From: an uncultured Planctomycetota bacterium
Lineage (GTDB): Bacteria > Planctomycetota > Planctomycetia > Isosphaerales > Isosphaeraceae
NCBI GenBank assembly: GCA_963845755.1
Contig: CAWJTV010000041.1
Span: forward strand, 512,001 to 576,000
Reading direction: 5' to 3'
DNA: 64,000 nucleotides
The notes under the pieces: generated by a model
Database searches by the model: none
Seen by the model: the letters and a program-made list of their open reading frames with translations, nothing else
Told to the model about the DNA's origin: nothing
Translations under genes and position numbers: made by a program
Part shown: positions 11,632 to 22,042 of the stretch, one piece after another
How positions within the stretch are numbered: position 1 is the first letter of the stretch
Layout of the letters: each line of letters begins with the position of its first letter

Positions 11632-12639
11632 ATGGACATACAGAAACCAATAAGACGGATTCTGGTGACGGGGGGATGTGGATTCATCGGCGCCAATTTC
11701 GTGCGGCTTGAGCTTCAGACCGACCCTTCCCTTGAGGTCACCAATCTCGATGTGTTGACTTACGCCGGCAATCCGGACAACCTGGCCGGGCTGGAAGGTC
11801 ACCCGCGTTATCGCTTTATCCGTGGTGACATCGCCGACCGATCGCTCGTGGTGCCGCTGGTGCGAGAAGGTGGCTTCGATGCGATCGTGAACTTCGCCGC
11901 CGAGAGCCACGTTGACCGCTCGATCGACGACGCGACGCCGTTCTTGCGGACCAATGTGATCGGGACCCAGTGCCTGCTGGACGCGGCCCGAGCGGCGGGG
12001 GTGTCGCGCTATGTCCAGGTCTCCACCGACGAGGTTTACGGAACCCTGTCGCCCGAGGATCCGCCGTTCTGCGAGACCACGCCGCTGACTCCCAACAGCC
12101 CGTATGCCGCCAGCAAGGCCGGGGCCGACCTCCTGGTTCGCGCCGCGCATCATACGTTCGGACTCGACACCGTCATCACGCGATGCTCGAACAACTACGG
12201 CCCCTACCAGTTTCCCGAGAAGCTGATCCCGCTGTTCATCACCAACGCTCTGGCGGATATTCCGGTGCCGGTCTATGGCGACGGCCGGCAGGTGCGTGAC
12301 TGGATTCACGTGCTGGACCACTGTCGTGGCGTGGGGGTCGCGATGCGGCGGGGCCGCGCCGGGGAGGTCTACAATTTCGGGGGTCAGAGCGAACGATTCA
12401 ACATCGACGTGACCCGCGCGATCCTCGAGCACTGTGGGAAGTCCGAGAGCCTGATCCGTCACGTGACGGACCGACCGGGACACGACCGCCGCTACGCGGT
12501 CAACTGGGCCAAGTCCCAGGACGAGCTTGGCTGGTGTCCGACCGTGCCGTTCGCGGAGGGCCTGGCCTCGACGGTGGTCTGGTATCAGTCCAATTCCGAA
12601 TGGGTCGTCCGTGTTCGCTCCGGAGCTTACCGTGCCTGA
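11632..12639 (+). CDS. rfbB: dTDP-glucose 4,6-dehydratase
   Basis: TGGCGFIG, AAESHVDRSI, STDEVYG, YAASK, DRPGHDRRY. Confidence 0.96.
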   Translation: MDIQKPIRRILVTGGCGFIGANFVRLELQTDPSLEVTNLDVLTYAGNPDNLAGLEGHPRYRFIRGDIADRSLVVPLVREGGFDAIVNFAAESHVDRSIDDATPFLRTNVIGTQCLLDAARAAGVSRYVQVSTDEVYGTLSPEDPPFCETTPLTPNSPYAASKAGADLLVRAAHHTFGLDTVITRCSNNYGPYQFPEKLIPLFITNALADIPVPVYGDGRQVRDWIHVLDHCRGVGVAMRRGRAGEVYNFGGQSERFNIDVTRAILEHCGKSESLIRHVTDRPGHDRRYAVNWAKSQDELGWCPTVPFAEGLASTVVWYQSNSEWVVRVRSGAYRA

Positions 12640-12690
12640 GCGGGAGCCCGGCCGTCCTCGTGTTCTGAAGCTCACGCGTCCGGAACTCTG

Positions 12691-13170
12691 ATGTCGTCCC
12701 TCGCCTTGATCGGACTGGGGAGCAACCTGGGAGACCGTCGCGCTGCGCTGGAGGGCGCGATCGCGGCCCTGGCCCGGACGCCGGGTGTGCGCGTGCGGGA
12801 CGTCAGCTCGTTCCACGAGACTGAGCCCGTGGGCGGTCCACCCGGACAAGGGAAGTATCTTAACGCCGCCCTCGTCCTGGAGACGGCGCTGGACCCGTTC
12901 GCCGTACTCCACCGGCTCCAGGAGATCGAGGCCCGCTACGGCCGGGTCCGGACCGTCCGGTGGGGCGAGCGGACGCTGGACCTGGACCTGCTCCTCTTCG
13001 ACGATCAGATCATCGACTCACCCGAGCTGATCGTGCCCCATCCGCGATATGCGACCCGGCGATTCGTCCTGGAGCCGCTGGCCGAGATCGCGCCGGAGGC
13101 CGTCGATCCCGTGACGAGACAGACGGTCGCCGACTTGCTCGCGAACCTTGGAAGCAAGGATGAAGGATGA
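12691..13170 (+). CDS. folK: 2-amino-4-hydroxy-6-hydroxymethyldihydropteridine diphosphokinase
   Basis: IGLGSNLG, YLNA, RWGERTLDLDLL, PHP, RRFVLEPL. Confidence 0.96.
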   Translation: MSSLALIGLGSNLGDRRAALEGAIAALARTPGVRVRDVSSFHETEPVGGPPGQGKYLNAALVLETALDPFAVLHRLQEIEARYGRVRTVRWGERTLDLDLLLFDDQIIDSPELIVPHPRYATRRFVLEPLAEIAPEAVDPVTRQTVADLLANLGSKDEG

Positions 13171-13234
13171 AGGATGAATCCATTCGGTCTTGCTCATCCT
13201 TCATCCTTCATCCTTTCCACGAAGCCTTCATCCT
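13157..13234. repeat. Inverted heptamer tandem repeat (AGGATGA)3 / (TCATCCT)3, probable bidirectional terminator-like hairpin
   Basis: Perfect 21-bp stem 13157-13177 with 13194-13214 between convergent folK and gnd; extra unit at 13228-13234. Confidence 0.85.
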
Positions 13235-14241
13235 TTTTTCTCCAAGTGTCCGCCAAACGCGAATCGCATGGCGGAGAGCAGGCGATCGGCGTAGTCATCG
13301 GTCCCGCGCGAGCTGAACCGCTCGAACAGGGCCGTACTGAGCACGCCCGCGGGCACGCCCTCGTCAATCGCGGCCTGGAGCGTCCATCGGCCCTCGCCCG
13401 AGTCTGACACTCTGCCCGAGAAGTCGCTCAGGTCTTCGCCTTTCAGCAGGGCCTGCGCCGTCAGGTCGAGAAGCCAGGAGGCAATAACGCTCCCGCGCCG
13501 CCAGACCTCTGTGATATCGGCGAGGTTCAGGTCGTACTGGTAGAGCTCGGGCCGGCGCAACGGGGTGGTCTCGGCATCCACCTCTTCGGTTTGCTTGCCC
13601 ACGTTCGCGTGTTTGAGGATGTTGAGGCCCTCGGCGTAAGCCGCCATCAGGCCGTACTCGATCCCGTTATGGACCATCTTGACGAAGTGCCCTGCCCCGG
13701 CAGGACCGCAGTGGAGGTATCCCTGCTCGGCGGTGCCGGAAACCTTCTCGCGCCCCGGAGTGCGGGAGATGGCCCCTGCCCCGGGTGCCAGCGCGGCGAA
13801 GATGGGATCCAGGTGTTTCACCACGTCGGGCTCGCCGCCGATCATCAGGCAGTAACCGCGTTCGCGCCCCCAGACGCCGCCGCTGGTGCCGACGTCCACA
13901 TAATGAATCCCGCGCGGCTTCAGGGTCGCGGCGCGGCGGATGTCGTCGTGGTAGTAGGAGTTGCCGCCGTCGATCAGGATATCCCCCTTCTCGAGCCGGC
14001 CGGAGAGCTTCTCGATCGTCGAATCCACCACGGCCGCGGGGACCATCAGCCAGACGGCCCGCGGCGGCTTGAGCTTGCCGAGGAACTCGTCGACGCTGCC
14101 GCCGGCCATGGCCCCTTCCTTGACCAGCGGGGCGGCCGCCTCGGCATGGACGTCGTAGACGACGCATTCCTGCTGATGGGCCAGCAGACGCCGCACCATG
14201 TTCGAGCCCATCCGTCCCAGTCCGACCATCCCGAGTTGCAT
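13228..14241 (-). CDS. gnd: 6-phosphogluconate dehydrogenase, decarboxylating (short YqeC-type)
   Basis: [44 protein letters not shown]. Confidence 0.95.
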   Translation of the reverse strand: MQLGMVGLGRMGSNMVRRLLAHQQECVVYDVHAEAAAPLVKEGAMAGGSVDEFLGKLKPPRAVWLMVPAAVVDSTIEKLSGRLEKGDILIDGGNSYYHDDIRRAATLKPRGIHYVDVGTSGGVWGRERGYCLMIGGEPDVVKHLDPIFAALAPGAGAISRTPGREKVSGTAEQGYLHCGPAGAGHFVKMVHNGIEYGLMAAYAEGLNILKHANVGKQTEEVDAETTPLRRPELYQYDLNLADITEVWRRGSVIASWLLDLTAQALLKGEDLSDFSGRVSDSGEGRWTLQAAIDEGVPAGVLSTALFERFSSRGTDDYADRLLSAMRFAFGGHLEKKG

Positions 14242-14274
14242 TGGGGAACTCCTCAGATCTCACCAGTCGATGAT

Positions 14275-14706
14275 TCAAAAAAGGACGATGTGGACAGCCA
14301 TGGCCAGACCGACCAGCGCCAGGATTCCCGCCACGATCAGTGCGTCTGCAAGATCCCGCGGCGGATTCGGGACGCCATCCTCCAGGGCATGGATATAATT
14401 GCGATGGCGCACCGCAGCCGTCACGCAAACGTAAACCCCTACAATAACCATGCCGAAACCGAGCCAGGGCGAGACCGGCGGCCGCGCGATCGGATGCCCC
14501 GTTTCGACCTCGGCATATTCGCGAGTCCAGAAGGCGAACCGTGCGATCAGGAAGCCGAATCCCATCAAGGCCACGGAAGTGCGGACCCACGCCAGGAAGG
14601 TCCGCTCGGCCGCGAGGTAGATTCGCGGGTCATCGACCGCCCTGGGGCGCGTTGGCGACAACCCGGAGGTCGCCGAGCCCGGTCGGTCGTTGTCGTCGGA
14701 CTGCAT
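14275..14706 (-). CDS. YidH/DUF202 family membrane protein
   Basis: DPRIYLAAERTFLAWVRT motif plus three TM segments. Confidence 0.9.
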   Translation of the reverse strand: MQSDDNDRPGSATSGLSPTRPRAVDDPRIYLAAERTFLAWVRTSVALMGFGFLIARFAFWTREYAEVETGHPIARPPVSPWLGFGMVIVGVYVCVTAAVRHRNYIHALEDGVPNPPRDLADALIVAGILALVGLAMAVHIVLF

Positions 14707-14877
14707 GAATCGCCCAGCGCTCCCGGGTTGTCGATGCGGATCATCCCGTGCGCAATCTTGGGCGAGCCGTGGCGCGGGTGTCAAGGTTTTGAACCTCGAC
14801 CGACCCTGTTCAGACGGCGCCGATTCGGATAAAACGATCCGATGGCAAGGGCTTGGACACCGTTGAGGGTAACTGAC

Positions 14878-16041
14878 ATGCGAGGGTTCACGATCTTCCG
14901 CCGTGCCAGCCAACTGGGGATGGCGGTCGCCCTGACCGCGGGATTGTGCGTCAACGCGTCAACGGCCGCCGAGCCGCGACTCAATCAGATTCAGGTGATC
15001 GGCAGCCACAACTCGTACCACCTCGCGCCGGCGCCGGCGGTCCTCCAGTTGATCGCGTCCACCGGCAAGGGCCGGGCCGAGGGGCTCGATTACACCCACC
15101 TTCCGTTTGCCGAACAATTCACCCGGCTCGGCATTCGCCAGATCGAGCTCGACGTCTTCGCGGACCCCAAGGGGGGCCTGTTTGCCGAGCCGAACCTGCG
15201 AAAGCTCCTCGAGAAACAGGGCAAAGAGCCCGGACCCGACCCCAACTCAGACGGACAGCTCCAGAAGCCCGGCCTGAAGGTCCTCCACGTCCAGGACGTG
15301 GACTTTCGCACTCATGCCTCGACATTCATCGAGGCGTTGAAGCAAGTCCGCGCCTGGTCGAAGGCGAACCGCCGCCACGTGCCGATCCTGATCCTGGTCG
15401 AGGTCAAGGACGAATCGATCTTCGGCCTGCCGACCCAGCCGGTCAAGTTCGGGAGTGCGGAGCTCGATCAGCTCGATGCCGAGATCCTCTCGGTATTCGA
15501 CCGGACGGAGGTCCTCACGCCCGACCGGGTGCGCGGCCGGTTTGAAACACTGCCCGAGGCGATCAAGACGCAGGGTTGGCCGCTGCTGGACGAGGTCCGC
15601 GGCCTGGTCATGTTCGCGCTGGACAATGAGAACGCGGTGCGCGAGCGGTATCTCGAAGGTCACCCTGCGCTCCGGGGCCGGCTGATGTTCGCCACGGTCA
15701 AGGAAAGCTCGCACCCCGCGGCCGCCTGGTTCAAGATCAACGATCCGATCAAGGACTTCGACCGCATCCAGCAGCTCGTCCGCGACGGCTTCCTCGTCCG
15801 CACCCGGGCCGACGCCGACACCAAGCAGTCGCGCACCAACGACGTGACCCAGCGCGACAAGGCGATGGCCAGCGGCGCCCAGTTCATCAGCACGGATTAT
15901 CCCGAGCCCGACCGCCGCTTCTCGGCCTATTCCGTCCGGTTTCCCAGCGCCTTCGTGGCGCGAGCCCAACCCGGTCAGCGGCGATCCGGCCTGGGGACGA
16001 ATCGATCTGGAGAGCGGCAAGCCCGGGTCATATACGGATGA
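14878..16041 (+). CDS. Ca2+-dependent phosphoinositide-specific phospholipase C-like protein, secreted
   Basis: Signal peptide; GSHNSYH, RQIELDV, VRTRAD, SGAQFISTDY. A probable indel near 15965 would give a true stop at 16054. Confidence 0.8.
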   Translation: MRGFTIFRRASQLGMAVALTAGLCVNASTAAEPRLNQIQVIGSHNSYHLAPAPAVLQLIASTGKGRAEGLDYTHLPFAEQFTRLGIRQIELDVFADPKGGLFAEPNLRKLLEKQGKEPGPDPNSDGQLQKPGLKVLHVQDVDFRTHASTFIEALKQVRAWSKANRRHVPILILVEVKDESIFGLPTQPVKFGSAELDQLDAEILSVFDRTEVLTPDRVRGRFETLPEAIKTQGWPLLDEVRGLVMFALDNENAVRERYLEGHPALRGRLMFATVKESSHPAAAWFKINDPIKDFDRIQQLVRDGFLVRTRADADTKQSRTNDVTQRDKAMASGAQFISTDYPEPDRRFSAYSVRFPSAFVARAQPGQRRSGLGTNRSGERQARVIYG

Positions 16042-16094
16042 GAGGTCGAAGTGAATCTCTGGCTGGGAATCCCATGGGTTGATAGGATGGGGTC

Positions 16095-16535
16095 ATGAAT
16101 GCCACGCTCGCCTCCAAAAAGGCCCTCAAGGCGAAAGCCGAGATCAGATGGTTTGCCCTCTGGTTCGCCGCCTTCGTCTGGGGCCTTGGGACCCTCTTCG
16201 GCACGGGTGTCCGCGGGAAGACCCTTCAACAAGCGAACTCCGACGCGACTGCCGCGGCCATCGCGGGGCTGGCCGCCTGGACGGTCTACCATATCGTCTC
16301 TCGTCGGAACAATGGTCTTTGTATGGTCATGGCGAGCCTACCAATGGCGTTGCAACCTCATCGGGGGATTGGGTTCCTGGCCACTCTCGGTATCTTGCTG
16401 GTCGCTCTGGTGCCGCTTGCCTGGTTAATTGGACAATTCGGTAGGCGGTTGGATTCGAAGGCCGAGTGCAGTGTCCCGGCATCCACTGATGCGATGTATG
16501 ACGCTGAGATGGACGGCCTGAAGAACGGAGAGTAA
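16095..16535 (+). CDS. Hypothetical membrane protein
   Basis: About four hydrophobic segments; C-terminal MYDAEMDG. Confidence 0.6.
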   Translation: MNATLASKKALKAKAEIRWFALWFAAFVWGLGTLFGTGVRGKTLQQANSDATAAAIAGLAAWTVYHIVSRRNNGLCMVMASLPMALQPHRGIGFLATLGILLVALVPLAWLIGQFGRRLDSKAECSVPASTDAMYDAEMDGLKNGE

Positions 16536-16538
16536 CCC

Positions 16539-16814
16539 ATGCAGCTCGACCGTGTCCGCGACGCGATCCGCCAGCAGCCATTCCGGGCCTTTCGGATCAC
16601 GCTGGCCAATGGCGGTTCGTATCTGGTCAAGCACCCCGAGTTCGTCGCGATGCCTCAGACCCCAAGGAAGAGGGATATTGTGTTCTACGGGGAAGACGGC
16701 GTGCACATCATCGATCTGGCACTGATCCAGGAACTGATCGTCGCGAGGAGCCGGCAGCATCGGCGGCAACAAAGCCAACTGATGAGGACAACGGTGTCTG
16801 ACGCGACCGGCTAG
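16539..16814 (+). CDS. Small hypothetical protein
   Basis: GGAG RBS; QPFRAFRITLANGGSYLVKHPE resembles small proteins recurrent in Planctomycetes. Confidence 0.7.
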   Translation: MQLDRVRDAIRQQPFRAFRITLANGGSYLVKHPEFVAMPQTPRKRDIVFYGEDGVHIIDLALIQELIVARSRQHRRQQSQLMRTTVSDATG

Positions 16815-16819
16815 CAGCC

Positions 16820-17914
16820 TCATCGTTCATAGATCGGCAAGAAGCGATAATTCAAGGCCAGGGCCAGCAACGAGAGCGACGTCCCGATGTCGTTGCCGAA
16901 CTGGCCCTGGAAGCTCCCGTCGGGGTGCTGGGCCTGTTTGAGCTGCCGGATGAGCAGCTTGTTCCATTTCTCCCAGGAGAGGATATCTCCCTGGAACAGC
17001 GCCTGGGCCTCGTAATAGCGGGCGTATTCCTGGTAGTTCATCGCGGGCTGTTCGATCCGCTCCTTGAGATAGGCGAGGGTGGCCTTGTACTGCTTGAGAT
17101 CCTTCCGGCGCGCCACGGAATACACCAACGTGGCGATCGAGCTACGGGCGAGCGAGTCGCCGAATCCGCCCAGGCCGCCGGAATACCCCACCTCGCCGCC
17201 GCCGGAGGTCATCGAGGTATAGTAAGCGATCGCCTTGTCGATGGACTCATCGGGGACTTCGACGCCGGCATTGCGGGCGGCGAGCAGGCCGACGAACACC
17301 GCGCCGCTGACGGAGGTATCCGCATCCTGGCCATCGGGCGAGTAGCGCCAGGCGCCGCTGGGATTCTTCTTCTGCGAGGTCACCGCGCAGCGGACGGCCA
17401 GCTCGAGGGCCTGGCCGATCGAGCGGGGCCCCTTGCGGTCGGGCCAGAGGTTGCGTTCGTCCACGGCGCCGTAAGCCTCGGCCAGCCCGAGCGTGGCAAA
17501 TCCGTGGTGGTACATGGAGTTGCCCATGAAGCCGGTCTCGGCGTCCTGGGCCGTGATGATGCTGCGGAGCGCCTTGCGGACGTTGTTGCTGTACGGTCCG
17601 AAGTTCGGATCCTCGCCGGAGGCCAGGAAGACCATCAGGCACATGCCGGTGATCCCGGGTCCTTGCTGCCCCCCCTGCCAGTCGCCCCGTTCGGTCTGGG
17701 TCTTGGCGAGATATTGCAGACCGCGGTCGTACATCTCCCGCACGTCGCGGGGGACGACCTCTCCGAATCGGGCGGTCGGGGGCTGGGCGAACGCCGAGGC
17801 GACCCAGCTCGCGAGCAATGCGGCCGAGACGCAACCCGCGGCGATCGCACCTAGCCGCACGGCCCGCGCCCTCGACCCGCGTGTTCCGGAAGATGGATTC
17901 GTCGTCCTCGTCAT
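16820..17914 (-). CDS. Prenyltransferase/squalene oxidase repeat-containing protein
   Basis: QW-like repeats GLQYLAKTQ..GDW, QKKNPSGAWRY, QHPDGSF; MYHHGFATLGLAE; terminal LPIYER; N-terminal signal-like segment. Confidence 0.85.
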   Translation of the reverse strand: MTRTTNPSSGTRGSRARAVRLGAIAAGCVSAALLASWVASAFAQPPTARFGEVVPRDVREMYDRGLQYLAKTQTERGDWQGGQQGPGITGMCLMVFLASGEDPNFGPYSNNVRKALRSIITAQDAETGFMGNSMYHHGFATLGLAEAYGAVDERNLWPDRKGPRSIGQALELAVRCAVTSQKKNPSGAWRYSPDGQDADTSVSGAVFVGLLAARNAGVEVPDESIDKAIAYYTSMTSGGGEVGYSGGLGGFGDSLARSSIATLVYSVARRKDLKQYKATLAYLKERIEQPAMNYQEYARYYEAQALFQGDILSWEKWNKLLIRQLKQAQHPDGSFQGQFGNDIGTSLSLLALALNYRFLPIYER

Positions 17915-17930
17915 GGCGTCGCTCCTCTCC

Positions 17931-18929
17931 TCAGTTTCTTCGCGGCGCCGCGACCTTTGGCGGCTCGACTGTTGGCGCCGGGGGCCTTGGCACCGGACGG
18001 ACCAGGGGAACCGCCGGGATCATTATGCGATTACGAACGGGCCTCAGCACCGCTGGCTGCGCCGCGGGCTCATCGGCCGGGACGAAACCATTCTGCTTGA
18101 GCCACATCCCCATCCCCCGGACCTGATCGAGCTGCTGCTTCAAAGAGCGGTACTGCCCCTCCTCGAAGATGGGTTTGACCTTCGCCTCGGGCAGCGTACC
18201 GATCAGGTAGAGGATGGCGTAGTAGTCGTTCTGACCGAGTCTCCTGGGCGGCCGAGTCTCGTCGATCAGCACCTTGACGAGCCGCTCCCGCTGCGCGTCG
18301 GTGAATCCCACGTTGTTGTTCAGCATCTCCATCGTCAGGTCCACCCGCGCCTGGTATCGGTACAACAAGCGCTCGTGCACGACCTTCTCATGCTCGACGG
18401 CCTGCTCGGGGCTCAAGGTCGATTTGAGCGATTTCGCGAAGATCGACCCCTCCTCGAAGATCGCCTGGAAGGCGGTCTGGAGCACCTGGATATCCTGCCA
18501 CATCAACCCCAACTGGTTCTGGTCGTTCTTGACCGATTGGAATTTCTTCCGGATCTCCTCGACGCGATCGAAGTAGCGCTTGATGTCACCGCGTCCGGCC
18601 AGCAGGAGCTTCTTCCGCTGAAGGGGCGTCAGGCCGCACGTCCGCCCCAGGTCCTCCACGCTCAGTGTCAGGAGGGCATCGAGCTTGTTGCGGGCCACAC
18701 CGACGTTGGCCGTGCCGAGGTTGCCGAATAACCATTGATCGAACTGCGCTTCATTGAACTGGACGCCGCCTCGCAACTGTACAGCCTCCTTCTGCACCGC
18801 CTCGTCCTCTGCTGGGTCGTCCTGTGCCTGCGCGGCTTGACCGGCGCCCACCATCGCGACGATCGCCGCGGCTGCCAGCAGCCGGATCAGGGGGCGAGAC
18901 CAACAACCGATCATCGGGATTCCCCTCAT
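17931..18929 (-). CDS. Secreted LTxxQ-motif helical protein (paralog P1)
   Basis: Signal peptide; LTPLQRKKLLLAGRGDIKRYFD; SIFAKSLKSTLSPEQ. Confidence 0.8.
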   Translation of the reverse strand: MRGIPMIGCWSRPLIRLLAAAAIVAMVGAGQAAQAQDDPAEDEAVQKEAVQLRGGVQFNEAQFDQWLFGNLGTANVGVARNKLDALLTLSVEDLGRTCGLTPLQRKKLLLAGRGDIKRYFDRVEEIRKKFQSVKNDQNQLGLMWQDIQVLQTAFQAIFEEGSIFAKSLKSTLSPEQAVEHEKVVHERLLYRYQARVDLTMEMLNNNVGFTDAQRERLVKVLIDETRPPRRLGQNDYYAILYLIGTLPEAKVKPIFEEGQYRSLKQQLDQVRGMGMWLKQNGFVPADEPAAQPAVLRPVRNRIMIPAVPLVRPVPRPPAPTVEPPKVAAPRRN

Positions 18930-18979
18930 TGTGCAAGCCATCCGCTCGACGACTCTGCGCGGACCTTTACTTCTTTCGC

Positions 18980-20006
18980 TCAGCCCGCTTCTCGATCACC
19001 CTCGTCTTCAACATCTCCACCCCCGCCGGGGCCATTTTCATCATCGGGCGCATTCTGAGTGTCTTTCGCATCGGCGGCCAGCCGGGCCTCGCGCAGGTCT
19101 TCGTCCTCCAGCGGGTCGTTGTTCATCATGATGCCGCCCATGATGCCGAACCCGCCGAAGAACCCCTGGTATTTCGGGATGGTCTTCCAGATCTTCACCT
19201 GGGACTCGTTCAAGAACGGGGCGACGAGACGATCGGAGATCGGAGGCAAGTAGTTATTATCGTTCATGAACATCTCGATCGACTGGTCCCAGGAGTCGTC
19301 CCAGTGGGCGCCCAGGGATTCGCTGATCTTGTCGCGCTGGTCGGGGCTGAGGATCATGTCGTGATCGAGACGGGCGACGAGGTTGCGGAGAGCGACCCGC
19401 TTTCGGGTGGCGATCCGCTTGGTGAGCTCGGCCTGGTATCGGGCGGCCTGCTCGGCGGGGAGCCGCGACTTGAGCGCCTCGAGCAGTCCTGTCTCGATCA
19501 ACCGACGCGGGTCGTTGGCCTGCGCGCTGGGTCATGGTCATGGGTCGGTTCATGGCCTCGACGTATTTCTTGGTCGCGTCGCGGAGGGTTTGCTCGGCGG
19601 CCTGGGCGATCGTCTTGCGCTGCTCGGGCGTGAGCTGGCAGGCCGCCCGGATCACATGGAATTCCGCCCGGATGATCGGCCGGAACTGCATCATCATCTG
19701 ATTGGCCTGCCCGCCCTGATTCACCACGAAAGCCATGGGCGCCGCGACTTTCGCCGCCACCGCAACGTCCCGGATCACCGTAAGCCGCCTCTTGGCCGCG
19801 GCGTCCGCGCCTTTGGGCCGCGGCGCGGATTTGTAAACCTTCACCTTCGGCGGCTTGCCCTCCGGCGTCCTGGCGGCCTGCGCCGGCGGTGGAATCGTCT
19901 TCGTGACTGCGGCCTCCTGGAGTTCGGCCAGGGCCAGCGCGGAGGACACGATCGCGACCGCGATGATCATGGACACCAGGGCTGGGAAGCGCCTCTTCAT
20001 CATCAT
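18980..20006 (-). CDS. Secreted LTxxQ-motif helical protein (divergent paralog P2; frameshift near 19510)
   Basis: MMMKRRFPALVS signal in ORF 19257..20378 joins ORF 18980..19501; LTPEQ, LPAEQ, LSPDQ, LNESQ motifs. Confidence 0.7.
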
Positions 20007-20113
20007 ACTCGTGCCGCCGGTCAACAGGGCTTGAATCCATCGCGTCCGAGGATCGCCGGCGGGAACCGGCTCCTCATTACAGAGTACGAAGTCGAGCGGC
20101 CTCCGGCCATACT

Positions 20114-21021
20114 TCACCCGGGGAGAGCTCCGCGCCGATCCTGTTCGGGAAGGCCGTGGGCCGCGGCGCCGGCCGGCCGGCCCTCGTCCTCGGGCAGGTA
20201 GCCGCCCGCGATGATCTCCTGCTCGAGTCGCTTGACTTCTTCGAATCCGGCAAGCAGCCGGCGCCACTGGCGGTCGTCGAAGATCGGCTTGAGGGTCGTC
20301 TCCGGCAGTCGGGAGGCCTGGATCAACACCGCTTGAAAATCGTATCCCCCGTACCGTCTGAGGGGTGCGTTTGCTCAACGATCTGAATCACGAACTGCCG
20401 GCTCTGATCGTCGCTCAGCTTCAAGGTTCCGAGCCCGCCCACGACCGCCCATTCCACGCGGGATCGATAGAACTCCAACTGGTCCTTCTCGTACGTCTTG
20501 CGTTGCTCGGAGCGGAAGGTTGACTTGAGGGTCTTGACGAAGATCGATCCTTCGATGAAGAGCTTCTCGGGAAGGCCCTTCGTCTGATCTCGCACCTCTC
20601 TCATCGCCGTGAGGAGTCTTGCGGCATTGCCCGGCTCTCGGGCTCGCTGGAAGTCCTCCTCGAGGCGACGCAGGGTTACTTCTTTTTCTCGGATGCGCTC
20701 GAACAGCCGCTTGATGTCGCCGCGACCCGCAATCTCCAGCTTTTTCTTCTGCTCGGCAGTGAGCCCATAGACCTGATCAAGCCGGTTGATCTGCCAGGCG
20801 AGGCGTTTTTCGAGGCGTTCGCGGCTGACCTCGGTATCCGCGACGTCATCGGCCTCGACCGATTCGGCCACCAGGTCGTTCGCCCCGAATGCTCGCTCGA
20901 TGGCCCGCTGTGACTTTCTCGCGGGTTGGTCCGGATCTTGCTCCTGCGCGGCTGAGGCGGAATCGATGCCCGGGGGGAGCATCGTTGCGGCCCACATCAG
21001 AATTGAAAATCGTTGCCACAT
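20114..21021 (-). CDS. Secreted LTxxQ-motif helical protein (paralog P3; frameshift near 20365)
   Basis: MWQRFSILMW start; LTAEQKKKLEIAGRGDIKRLFE; C-terminus QASRLPETTLKPIFDD in ORF 20114..20329. Confidence 0.75.
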
Positions 21022-21070
21022 ACGACTGACCCTCTGGAAGACGGCGCGCCGTGCCGCCTTGCGGGCTCGA

Positions 21071-21972
21071 TCAATCCCGTCTCGCTTGACTCGTTCCGCC
21101 GAGCTCGCCTGGTCGATGTCGGTCGGCCGCCGCGTTCGGTTTCGAATCGTCCGGCAATACCGCGGCTGGTCGGGCTTTCGGTTGACCCGGGGGGAGGTAG
21201 CCTTGCTGGGCGAGGAACTTCTCCTGCCGCCGCGCAAATCGAATTCCTGGCGGAGCAAGCCCCATTGGGCGTCGTCGAAGATCGTCTTGAGCCGGCCCTC
21301 GGGCAGCCGGGTCGCCTGGAACAGTAGGGCGAGTAAGTCGTACTTGCCGTATTTCTCCAGGGGACGCGTCTCTTCGACGATCGCGTCCACGAATCGTCGG
21401 CGCTGCTCGTCGCTCAATTGTAATCCGTGATGAATCTGGGGGACCATCCATTCGACGCGCGACCGATAGAAGGCCAACTGCTCCCGCTCGTGGCAGGCGC
21501 GTTGCTCGGTGGTCAAGGTCGACTTGAGGGTCTTGGCGAACAGCGATTCCCCGCCAAAGAGATCTAGTTGGACCTGATTGGGGAGGGGTCGAAGCTCTCT
21601 GGGGATGCGGATGAGGACTCCCTTGGAGCGATGGAGTATCGCCTTGGCCTGTTCCGCACGATCGAACAGCCGCTTGATGTCGCCCCGTCCGGCCACAGAC
21701 AGCTTCTTCTTCTGGTCCGGAGAGAGGCGGTACATCTGGTCGATCCGGCCGATTTCCCCGGCGAGGTCGGATTCGATCCGATTGCGAGCTGCGCCAGGGC
21801 CCCCGGGGCCGTAGATCCGTTGATCGAACGGGTCGTCCGTCATGGCCTCGTCCGGCTGCGCGGGTTGTTCCACTTTCGGCTCGGCCTCATCCTGGGCCCG
21901 GGCGGGCCGGTCCGTGCCGAGGAGTCCCAGCATCATCGGGACCAGGAACAGGAGCCTGTCTCGTCGCCACAT
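21071..21972 (-). CDS. Secreted LTxxQ-motif helical protein (paralog P4; frameshift near 21235)
   Basis: GGGAGG RBS, MWRRDRLLFL start; LSPDQKKKLSVAGRGDIKRLFD; C-terminal QQGYLPP in ORF 21071..21451. Confidence 0.75.
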
Positions 21973-22042
21973 GGAGCCAACCTCCCTTGCTGTGCGTTCC
22001 GGGCGAGCCGTCGGGTCGGCTCCCCGCGCATGGGCCTGCTCC

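Noticed and set aside
16820..17914. Squalene-hopene cyclase
   Set aside because: Too short, single barrel, no DXDD motif, and has an export-like N-terminus
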